A stretch of DNA of 64,000 bases, from the NCBI GenBank assembly GCA_016176685.1, contig JACOWS010000004.1:2018-66017 (forward strand). The letters are read 5' to 3'. Numbering within the stretch: position 1 is the first letter of the stretch; each line of letters starts with the position of its first letter. The DNA is from Patescibacteria group bacterium (GTDB lineage: Bacteria > Patescibacteriota > Minisyncoccia > Phycocordibacterales > SBAW01). Shown here in pieces: positions 56,381-64,000 of the stretch. The position numbers and the translations under genes were made by a program. The notes beneath the pieces are model-generated. The model was not told where the DNA came from and did not search any database. It saw nothing but the letters and a program-made list of their open reading frames with translations.

Positions 56381-57112
56381 TTAACAATAATCCCTCGCGG
56401 GTAGTTTTACCCTCTCAACCAGTAGTAAAGCCGCAACAATTCCGCACCAGATGAGGAGGAATATCCAGAAAGTGGCTCCACTGCTCGTTCCTAGTATAAA
56501 AAAATTAAACAGCGTATGCAAGACAACGGCGAGGATAACTCCGGCGGCGGCCGCAAACCAGCGCGCAGCGACGCTTTTGTAAAAAGCAAATGCAAGCGCT
56601 ACGCCTATTGTGGCCGAGGAGAGCGTGTGCAGGAGCGTAGCGCCGATAAAGCGCAGGTCTCCCGTCACCACGGTACGCAGTGCGTCGCCCTGGCTTAAGG
56701 GCCCCATCAAAAAGAGCGTGTTTTCTATGGCGGAGAAGCCCAGTGCCGCCGTTACCAGGTAGATAACGGCGTCCAACGGCTCGTCAAATACCGCACTGCG
56801 CAGGGCTATAAAGTAAGCGGCCGCAAATTTGGCAAGCTCTTCAATAATCGCCCAGGAGAACAGCACTAGCGGGGTAGAGACGTGCAGGCCCAATAGCAGT
56901 AGCGGGTGGGGAGTGGAAGAGGCAAGAACTTGTTGCATAAAAAGCTCAAGGTAGTAAACAGGGAAAATCGCGAGCCCGCCGGCTATAAAAGTGAGTATTA
57001 TGTAGCGCTTGGGCTCTGGATCGCAGCGATCCTCCAGGAGCCAAAAAAACAGCCACAGGAGGGCGGGCAGAACTCCGCCCAAAAAGGCAATCGCCAACAC
57101 CGGAGAGAACAT
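56381..57112 (-). CDS. PrsW family intramembrane glutamic protease
   Basis: PEP, EE.AK, ALGF.AIEN, LH, H..FN. Confidence 0.92.
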   Translation of the reverse strand: MFSPVLAIAFLGGVLPALLWLFFWLLEDRCDPEPKRYIILTFIAGGLAIFPVYYLELFMQQVLASSTPHPLLLLGLHVSTPLVLFSWAIIEELAKFAAAYFIALRSAVFDEPLDAVIYLVTAALGFSAIENTLFLMGPLSQGDALRTVVTGDLRFIGATLLHTLSSATIGVALAFAFYKSVAARWFAAAAGVILAVVLHTLFNFFILGTSSGATFWIFLLIWCGIVAALLLVERVKLPARDYC

Positions 57113-57148
57113 ACCGTATAGTATATAGCACAAACTCTCTTGCAGGGG

Positions 57149-59296
57149 CTATTCGCGAACTTGTGGCCACGGTGCCACCATCAATAGCTCTTTTGTGCCG
57201 GGTATGGACCCCCAAATTTCTTCGGTAATAAACGGCATGAACGGGTGCAAGAGCTTGAGCGAGCCGGACAACACGGACATAAGCAGGCGTTTGCGGGAAG
57301 CGACCTCTTCCGGCGTGCCGGTTTTGAGTATTGACTTGCTCTCTTCCAGTATGTTTGCGGCAAACTCGTCCCACAGGTAGTGATATATTTTTTCCGCAGC
57401 GAGGTAGATGCGGTACTCCTCAAGGTCATGGGTTATGTCGGTTGCGAGCGCATCAAACTGCGCCTGGCACTCTTGGTCTTTGGCAACCAAGGCAAGGCCT
57501 TGGGAACCCGGGCTTAAGGCGTTGCCTTGGTCTGTATTTTCCAACACAAAGCGCGCGACATTCCACAGCTTGTTTGCAAAGTGTTTGTAAGATCGTATTT
57601 TGTCTTCGGCAAGGGCCATATCAGTTCCCGGCGTGTTACCGATCAGTAGCGCCATACGCAGTGCGTCAGTCCCGTACTTTTCGGCGACGTCGAGCGGGTT
57701 TATCACGTTGCCTTTGCTTTTGCTCATTTTTTGCTTTTGAGCATCGCGCACCAAGCCATGCAGGTACACGTCGCGGAAAGGCACCTCGCCCGTGCGGTAG
57801 AGCCCGAGCATTATCATCCGCATGACCCAGAAAAATAGAATGTCATGCCCCGTCTCCATAACACTGGTAGGGTAGTGGTTTTTGAAGTCAGGCGAGTCCG
57901 GGTAGCCGAGTGCCGCAAACGGCCATTGTCCGGAAGAGAACCAGGTATCAAAGGTGTCCGTGTCACGCACCCAACCCTCCCCGGGCGGCTTTTCGCCGAT
58001 ATACATTTCTTCACTAGCCCCCTCCTGTGCGGTCTTGGGCCGAAACCAGGCGGGGATGGGGATACCCCACACTATCTGGCGGGAAATGTTCCAGTCGCGC
58101 AATTGCTCCAGCCAATGAAAGAAAATTTTTCGATATTGCTCGCTCACAAAATGCACGCGTCCGTCTTCAACCGCCGTGCGGGCAAGGTCGGCGAGAGGCG
58201 CCATTTTGACAAACCATTGCGGCAAAATGCGCGGTTCGAGCACATCATTTTCATTTTTGTAATTGACCAGGACGGTATGAGTATACTCCGCATCCACTTT
58301 CTCCACTAAACCTTTCTCGGCCAAGTCTTTTGCCACCGCCGCGCGTGCCTCCATAACCTTCATCCCGGCATATTTACCGCACTTTTCCGTGAGTCTGCCA
58401 TAGCGGTCTATAACCTCAACCGCGGGGAGGTTGTGGCGCTGTGCTACCTCGAAGTCGTTGGGGTCGTGTGCCGGAGTGATTTTGACCACCCCGGTTCCAA
58501 ACTCGGGGTCCACATACTCGTCGGCTATGACTTTTAGCTTAACTCTGCCGATAAGGCCATCAAACTCAATTTCTTTGCCTACCCATTCTTTGTAGCGAGA
58601 GTCATTGGGGTTAACAGCCACTGCGGTATCACCAAACTTGGTTTCCGGCCGCACGGTTGCAAGTACAAACGGCCCGTATTTAAGGTAGTACAGCGGGTCT
58701 TTGCGCTCCACCGCCCTTGTTTCAAGGTCGGAAAGGGACGTTTGGTACTTGGTCGACCAATTGACCGGCCGTACCCCGCGGTACACGAGCCCGTCATCGT
58801 AGAGTTTTTTAAACGTGTCGTAAACCGTTTTTATAATGTCGGGGTCGAGGGTAAATTTCTCTCGGCTCCAGTCGCACGATGCGCCAAGCTGGCGTAGCTG
58901 GCCCTCGGTAAATTTTTTATTTTCAAGCGTAAAGGCAAGCGTCTCTTTATAAAATTCCTCGCGCTCCATCTTAAAGCGCGAACGGCCTTCTTTCTCCAGC
59001 TTTTTTTCATACACAATTTGGGTTTCAAACCCGGCGTGGTCCATGCCCGGCAACCACAGCGTTTTGTACCCTTGCATGCGCTTAAAGCGGATAAGGAGGT
59101 CTTGAAGCGTCACAAAGAGCGCGTGCCCCACATGCAAAGAGCCGTTGGCATTAGGCGGCGGCATAATAATCGTGTAGGGCTCGGTGCACTCGCCGGGCAG
59201 ATTGTCTGGGTTAAAGTAGCCCGACTCCTCCCATTTTTTGTATAGGGGGCCTTCTACCTCTGTGGGGTCATACGGCTTTTTAAACTTATCGAGCAT
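57149..59296 (-). CDS. valS: Valine--tRNA ligase (no C-terminal coiled coil)
   Basis: PPNANGSLHVGH, DWNISRQI.WG, KMSKSKGN. Confidence 0.96.
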   Translation of the reverse strand: MLDKFKKPYDPTEVEGPLYKKWEESGYFNPDNLPGECTEPYTIIMPPPNANGSLHVGHALFVTLQDLLIRFKRMQGYKTLWLPGMDHAGFETQIVYEKKLEKEGRSRFKMEREEFYKETLAFTLENKKFTEGQLRQLGASCDWSREKFTLDPDIIKTVYDTFKKLYDDGLVYRGVRPVNWSTKYQTSLSDLETRAVERKDPLYYLKYGPFVLATVRPETKFGDTAVAVNPNDSRYKEWVGKEIEFDGLIGRVKLKVIADEYVDPEFGTGVVKITPAHDPNDFEVAQRHNLPAVEVIDRYGRLTEKCGKYAGMKVMEARAAVAKDLAEKGLVEKVDAEYTHTVLVNYKNENDVLEPRILPQWFVKMAPLADLARTAVEDGRVHFVSEQYRKIFFHWLEQLRDWNISRQIVWGIPIPAWFRPKTAQEGASEEMYIGEKPPGEGWVRDTDTFDTWFSSGQWPFAALGYPDSPDFKNHYPTSVMETGHDILFFWVMRMIMLGLYRTGEVPFRDVYLHGLVRDAQKQKMSKSKGNVINPLDVAEKYGTDALRMALLIGNTPGTDMALAEDKIRSYKHFANKLWNVARFVLENTDQGNALSPGSQGLALVAKDQECQAQFDALATDITHDLEEYRIYLAAEKIYHYLWDEFAANILEESKSILKTGTPEEVASRKRLLMSVLSGSLKLLHPFMPFITEEIWGSIPGTKELLMVAPWPQVRE
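57489..57528. repeat. AAGG-N5-CCTT doublet inserted in frame in valS
   Basis: AAGG CAAGG CCTT gggaacccgggctt AAGG CGTTG CCTT (QGNALSPGSQGLAL). Confidence 0.8.
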
Positions 59297-59316
59297 ACCG
59301 CTCACTTTAGCATTTT

Positions 59317-59358
59317 AAGGTTCGACCTTGAAGAGCCTCGTGTTTAAGGTCGAACCTT
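59317..59358. repeat. AAGG-N5-CCTT doublet spanning the tsaD stop codon
   Basis: AAGG TTCGA CCTT-16 nt-AAGG TCGAA CCTT. Confidence 0.8.
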
Positions 59359-60561
59359 GGCAATTGAGAGGTTTCCCACGGCACGAACTTCCTCTTTGGC
59401 CGCGTCATCGAGGCCGGCAAGAGCGCGGGCCAGGGCCGCTTCGGCTATCATAATCGCGTTGTCGCCGGTAATAGAGAGCTCGGGCAGGCGCACCTCTACA
59501 CCAGGAAACTCGTCGGCCACTAGTTTTTGCAACGTAACGCGCAGGTAAGCGTTGGCCGCAACCCCGCCGCCAATGACAAATGTTTGTGCACCAGTTTGTA
59601 TAAGCGCTTTGCGCGTTTTTGCGACAAATACATCCGCCACCGCATCTTCAAACTCGCGGGCAAACGCCGCCTTTTCTTCTTTGATTAAAGGCGACTCCTT
59701 AGCCCGGGAAGGTGTCGCCTTGGTGTATTCACGTAACGCATAGAGCGCCGCCGTCTTAAGGCCAGAGAACGAGACGTCGCAATTGTCTGTCTTGATCATG
59801 GGACGTGGAAGCCTCCAAGAAAAACCCTCCAGCAAAGGTCCTCGGGTTTCCCCACTCGCCGACAATCTGCCAGTCGGCGAGGTGGGGCCAGACCATTTGC
59901 CAGAGGGTTTTTCTCTCCGGCTTTGTATCGCCAGTTTCGAAATCTCCGGCCCGCCGGGGTAGGGGAGCCCGAGCATCCGAGCCACCTTGTCGAACGCCTC
60001 GCCCACAGCATCGTCCAAGGTCTCTCCGATCACTTCATATTTAAACCACTCCCGCATTAGCACAAACTCGGTATGCCCGCCGGAGATTAAAAGAGCCAAC
60101 ACCGGCAGCTGCACCCCCCGCAACTCACCGGACATACCAACATTCTCAAGTTTGTTGGTATGTCGTATGAGGGAGGAAATCAAATGGCCTTCCATATGGT
60201 TTGCGGGGAGGAGCGGCTTGTGCCAATCCTGCGCAAGCTTTTTTGCAAACTCGATGCCCTGCCACAGCGCGGGCTCGAGCCCGGGCCCCGCCGTTACCGC
60301 AATAGCGTCAATATCTAACGGCGACTCCTTAGCCCGGGGGGGTGTTGCCTTGAAGATTTGTTCAAAAAGTATCGGCAAGTTTTTTTGATGCTCGCGCTTG
60401 GCCAGGTTGGGGTACACGCCGCCGTAGGGCGCGTGTAGTTTGGCTTGCGAGAGGAGCGTGGCCTTCAGTACGCGAAAGGAGAAGCCGTCAGAGATTTTTT
60501 CTCCTTCGACAACGGCCACACCGGTTTCATCACAACTTGTTTCGATTGCAAGAATTTTCAT
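59344..60561 (-). CDS. tsaD: tRNA t6A threonylcarbamoyltransferase TsaD with multiple in-frame insertions
   Basis: IETSCDET, GPGL, NHMEGH, SGGHT, DDAVGEAFDK, SFSGLKT, GGVAAN, DNA.MIA. Confidence 0.95.
   Translation of the reverse strand: MKILAIETSCDETGVAVVEGEKISDGFSFRVLKATLLSQAKLHAPYGGVYPNLAKREHQKNLPILFEQIFKATPPRAKESPLDIDAIAVTAGPGLEPALWQGIEFAKKLAQDWHKPLLPANHMEGHLISSLIRHTNKLENVGMSGELRGVQLPVLALLISGGHTEFVLMREWFKYEVIGETLDDAVGEAFDKVARMLGLPYPGGPEISKLAIQSRREKPSGKWSGPTSPTGRLSASGETRGPLLEGFSWRLPRPMIKTDNCDVSFSGLKTAALYALREYTKATPSRAKESPLIKEEKAAFAREFEDAVADVFVAKTRKALIQTGAQTFVIGGGVAANAYLRVTLQKLVADEFPGVEVRLPELSITGDNAIMIAEAALARALAGLDDAAKEEVRAVGNLSIAKVRP
59688..59721. repeat. AAGG-N5-CCTT doublet in tsaD (copy A)
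   Basis: AAGG CGACT CCTT agcccggg AAGG TGTCG CCTT (KATPSRAKESPL). Confidence 0.85.
60318..60351. repeat. AAGG-N5-CCTT doublet in tsaD (copy B)
   Basis: 30/34 identical to copy A (KATPPRAKESPL). Confidence 0.85.
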
Positions 60562-60652
60562 ACTGTTTACACGGAGTTTGTCGAAATGTGGTCACAAATA
60601 ACTTTTTGCCGTCACAAAAAGTTTTCGCGACCCCGGCTCGCGGCCGCACTAG

Positions 60653-60725
60653 TGCGCGGTGCAGGACTTGAACCTGCGACCCTCCCCACGTCAAGGGGAT
60701 GCTCTACCAACTGAGCTAACCGCGC
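60653..60725 (-). tRNA. tRNA-Val(GAC)
   Basis: GCGCGGT/ACCGCGC, TCCCC-TTGACGT-GGGGA, GCAGG-TTCAAGT-CCTGC. Confidence 0.95.
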
Positions 60726-60800
60726 ATACGTCAAAAGACGGCTTTTACTATAGCCGTCTTTTACAGTCTTTTCAATTCCGCCGCCGTGCAACACGCTCGG

Positions 60801-61076
60801 TTACTCGTGATGCCTGTGCACGGTAAATAAGTCGGCAAATTTTATTTTAGCGATACCAAATAGATAGATAATCTCCAAAATTCCCAAGGTGTTTACCACC
60901 AAAAGAATCACAAACCACCACGGGTGGCCGCGCTGGCCCGCATGCCACAGTGCAAGCCCTTTCCAAAACAAGCTCCACAGCAAGACCGCAACAAACCCAA
61001 GCCCGGCAAGCGGTAGCATCCAGCCGCCTGCTCCAAACCCCATTGCGTATTCAAAACTATTAAATCCACTAGCCAT
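60801..61076 (-). CDS. DUF5652 family membrane protein
   Basis: WSLFWKGLALWHA, WF..L..VNTLGILEIIY. Confidence 0.88.
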   Translation of the reverse strand: MASGFNSFEYAMGFGAGGWMLPLAGLGFVAVLLWSLFWKGLALWHAGQRGHPWWFVILLVVNTLGILEIIYLFGIAKIKFADLFTVHRHHE

Positions 61077-61333
61077 AAAGCGTGATGTTTATGAGTATAT
61101 ATAAATTATACCACGTGGCGAGGACGATGCCCGGAACTTTGAACCAACTGCGGCCCACCGAAGCCTTGTGCGAAGGGGGCAAACGTGGCTCAAATTCAAG
61201 TATCTTGATAAAAGCATACGCGAATTGAGGGCTTATGTTCAAGTAACATCCGTAATGGTTTGAGGTGCCTAAGCCGAAATCTGACAAGGGGCAAAATGCT
61301 GTAGATTATCCCTTAGGAAATGACAATATCTAA

Positions 61334-62044
61334 CTATAAATTAGCTTTGATTTTATCACTAATACTATTGGTCTTCTCGATAATTTTATTTCTCATCTCC
61401 TCAGTGATCTGACCAATTTCTTTGTCTGTTTTTTCTGCGTTAGCGATAATTTCATCCAGTTTATCTAGAGTCGGATTTGTAAAATTAGTTCCACTCATAA
61501 TTAACTGTAAATTAATCTGATAATTTTTGATTACGTTTATATTATCTGTTGCCATAGCACTCAATTTGTTTAACATCTCATTCCACTTTTCACATTCATC
61601 TCTGAAATACGTATCCGCATAAGCCACAACTATCTGAAATCCATCGTCAATGTCTTTCTTTGATAGGGTATCGTTGAAATCCATGAACACTTGTTTTTTC
61701 TTTATTGCATCCTGATGGCTTTTTAGAGTTTTGACAATAATGTCACTTTTTTGCTTAATTGCGATCAATTTACTTATTATTGCTAAACCATTATTTCTTA
61801 CCGATTCCCAAACATTGATGTTATAGGTTAGCTTTCTATCTTTTGTGTTCTGCCAAATACTGACCATGAGAGTAATAACTGTTAAAAATCCGAGTACAAA
61901 GTTCGCGTCAATTTTTTGTTCAGAGAGGTAATCTCTAAATGATGGGTATGCTAAATATAGACCGAAAAATAAAACAACGATTGTTATCAATATTTGTATC
62001 GTTTTTCCTTTCAAGATAGTTTTTAGGTGTAATAGGTTACTCAT
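61334..62044 (-). CDS. Hypothetical 2-TM plus helical protein (AT-rich island)
   Basis: Long ORF with two N-terminal TM segments. Confidence 0.65.
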   Translation of the reverse strand: MSNLLHLKTILKGKTIQILITIVVLFFGLYLAYPSFRDYLSEQKIDANFVLGFLTVITLMVSIWQNTKDRKLTYNINVWESVRNNGLAIISKLIAIKQKSDIIVKTLKSHQDAIKKKQVFMDFNDTLSKKDIDDGFQIVVAYADTYFRDECEKWNEMLNKLSAMATDNINVIKNYQINLQLIMSGTNFTNPTLDKLDEIIANAEKTDKEIGQITEEMRNKIIEKTNSISDKIKANL

Positions 62045-62048
62045 AATC

Positions 62049-62291
62049 TTAATGCTTTTTGTCATGAGGCGGATTCGGGTCATGTCCTGGAGCTACGGTG
62101 TCACTGTCTCGGATAGGTCCTTTTGGAGTATGGATTCTTACTTCACCGCCACTGGTATTCGCAGAGAATCGTTTTGCCGCTTTTTCTGCTTCAGCTTGAG
62201 TATCATAATAACCAGCAGCTCGATCTGCTCCTTCTCGCTTTGCTTTCCAGTCGCCCGATTCTTTGTCTTTTGTAACGTGATAATTTGACAT
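62049..62291 (-). CDS. DUF2188 domain protein
   Basis: YHV......W..KREGA.RA....TQ.EA, E..IH...G.IRDSDT...DP.PP. Confidence 0.9.
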   Translation of the reverse strand: MSNYHVTKDKESGDWKAKREGADRAAGYYDTQAEAEKAAKRFSANTSGGEVRIHTPKGPIRDSDTVAPGHDPNPPHDKKH

Positions 62292-62347
62292 GGTTTTTGT
62301 GGATAACTTAACTTGTATACATTCTAATTATCATCTATACTATCAGC

Positions 62348-64000
62348 ATGCTCACAAAAAAGCAAGTGCAAGTGCTTGATTTCATCAAATCTTATAGATC
62401 AAAGCATGAGTATGCCCCCTCTCTTGAGGAAATAAGGCAAAAATTTAAACTAGCTTCTGCTTCCACATCTCACTATTACATCAGCAAACTCCAAGATGCT
62501 GGCTTTTTAAATAAGGAGCACAATCAACCCCGGGCTGTCTCCACAGTAGAAGCAAAGCAAATGATAGAGATTCCTATTCTTGGGGCAATTGCCGCTGGTC
62601 AACCCATTGAGGCCATAGAAATTTCCGATGAGACTATCACGATTGCAAAGGATGAAATTGGTAAGCAAGGAAAGCATTACGCTCTGCGTGTTCAAGGTAG
62701 CAGTATGATTGATGAGGGTATTTTTGATGGTGACATTGTTGTAATCCGCAAACAAGAGGTAGCAGAAAATGGTCAGACCGTTGTAGCAGTCATTGATGAT
62801 AACGAAGCAACACTCAAAAAGCTGTACCGTGAAAATGGGAAGTTCAGACTCCAGCCGGCAAATCCGACACTTTTCCCAATATATCGTGACGAAGTTGAAG
62901 TAAGAGGGGTAGTTGTAAAAATCATTCGCAATCTTGAATCGCAACTGGATCAAGGGCAATCAAGAGATGAAAAGTATGTCCGTAAAATAGATTATTCATG
63001 GGATTACAGAGGAGAAAAAACAAAATCATACACACATGGAATACATACCTATCCTGCAATGTTCATTCCGCAAGTTGGGCGAAGATTATTAGAAACTTAT
63101 AGTAAAGAGGGTGATACGATTTGTGATATCTTCTGTGGTTCCGGTTCAGCTTTAGTCGAAAGTAGATTGATTGGAAGAAATGCCTACGGCATTGATCTTA
63201 ATCCTTTGGCTATTTTTCTTGCGAAAGCAAAGACAACTCCGATCAATCCTCAAAAATTAACAAAGGAGTATATCGCTTTGTTAGATCGAGTAGAAAAAAT
63301 TAAAGATAACGAGATAAAAAGGCCAGATTTTAAGAATATTGATTTTTGGTTCAAAAATAAGGTAATAATTAAACTTGCAAAATTAAAGAAAACTATACGT
63401 GCAATAAAAGATGAGACGATTCAGAATTTCTTGATGGTCGCTTTTAGTGAGACAGTTCGCTATTCCTCAAACACAAAGACCGGTGAGTTTAAACTGGTTC
63501 GGGTTAAAGGCGACAAATTGGAAAAACATGATCCGGACGTCATTGGTATATTTCGCAAACACGCTGAAAAAAATATAGCTGGAATGACTGAATTCTACAA
63601 AGATGCCAAAAAGGATTCGTGGACAAAAATAATCTATGGGGATTCTTCAAAAGATAATGGGATTAAAGCCAATTCTATTGATTGCATTGTTACCTCACCC
63701 CCATACGGCGATAGTCGCACCACAGTAGCTTATGGACAGTTTTCACGCCTTTCTGCTCAATGGATTGATGTGTTTGAGGATCCAAATGACGCCTCAGGGG
63801 TAGATAACGACCTTCTTGGCGGTAGAGCTACTAAAAATTTAATTCATGCACTCTCATCTGCTTATCTCAAAGAATCCTTAGAAAAAATTGCTAAGCAAGA
63901 CGAGGCAAGGGCAAAAGATGTATTGAGCTTTAATCTCGGATTGAATGAGTGTTTGAAGCAGGCTCATAGAATCCTTAAACCAGGAAAGTATTTTTGCCTT
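62348..64000 (+). CDS. LexA-like repressor fused to an amino (N4-cytosine-type) DNA methyltransferase; 3' end beyond window
   Basis: Manual translation: MLTKKQ..PSLEEI, IAAGQP, GSSM, TLKK, then in frame THGIHTYPAMFIPQV, DIFCGSG, TSPPY. Confidence 0.88.
   Translation, partial: MLTKKQVQVLDFIKSYRSKHEYAPSLEEIRQKFKLASASTSHYYISKLQDAGFLNKEHNQPRAVSTVEAKQMIEIPILGAIAAGQPIEAIEISDETITIAKDEIGKQGKHYALRVQGSSMIDEGIFDGDIVVIRKQEVAENGQTVVAVIDDNEATLKKLYRENGKFRLQPANPTLFPIYRDEVEVRGVVVKIIRNLESQLDQGQSRDEKYVRKIDYSWDYRGEKTKSYTHGIHTYPAMFIPQVGRRLLETYSKEGDTICDIFCGSGSALVESRLIGRNAYGIDLNPLAIFLAKAKTTPINPQKLTKEYIALLDRVEKIKDNEIKRPDFKNIDFWFKNKVIIKLAKLKKTIRAIKDETIQNFLMVAFSETVRYSSNTKTGEFKLVRVKGDKLEKHDPDVIGIFRKHAEKNIAGMTEFYKDAKKDSWTKIIYGDSSKDNGIKANSIDCIVTSPPYGDSRTTVAYGQFSRLSAQWIDVFEDPNDASGVDNDLLGGRATKNLIHALSSAYLKESLEKIAKQDEARAKDVLSFNLGLNECLKQAHRILKPGKYFCL

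Noticed and set aside
57149-59296. Short ValS as a pseudogene
   Set aside because: HIGH and KMSKS motifs and the anticodon domain are intact; only the C-terminal coiled coil is missing, a known natural variant.

Overview
This is a gene-dense bacterial chromosome segment. Its gene set, short ValS, DUF5652/DUF2188/DUF4430 genes, near absence of Shine-Dalgarno motifs and extended -10 promoters point to a Patescibacteria/CPR (Parcubacteria-like) genome (inference). The backbone carries ftsEX, pyrG, a DEAD-box helicase, a B12 module (nrdJ, PduO-type adenosyltransferase, DUF4430, DUF6580), typA, a P-type ATPase, lexA, RNase J, secG, groES/EL, lemA/htpX, murJ, lepA, valS, tsaD, RNase P RNA and six tRNAs. 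Five accessory features stand out. (1) An AT-rich three-gene GHKL/MORC-ATPase cassette lies at tRNA-Gln. (2) A Crp/Fnr island encodes membrane proteins built from three copies of one unnamed repeat domain, with two CRP boxes at class-II spacing. (3) Several families of short palindromes are inserted in frame in housekeeping genes: four lie inside tsaD and a fifth crosses its stop codon. One family is an AAGG-N5-CCTT doublet whose cores co-vary between copies. (4) Recombinase, RAYT-transposase and GIY-YIG remnants lie next to tRNAs, along with a candidate structured RNA. (5) A LexA-DNA methyltransferase fusion runs off the right edge and is absent from the ORF track. All family assignments come from motif recognition only; no searches were run.
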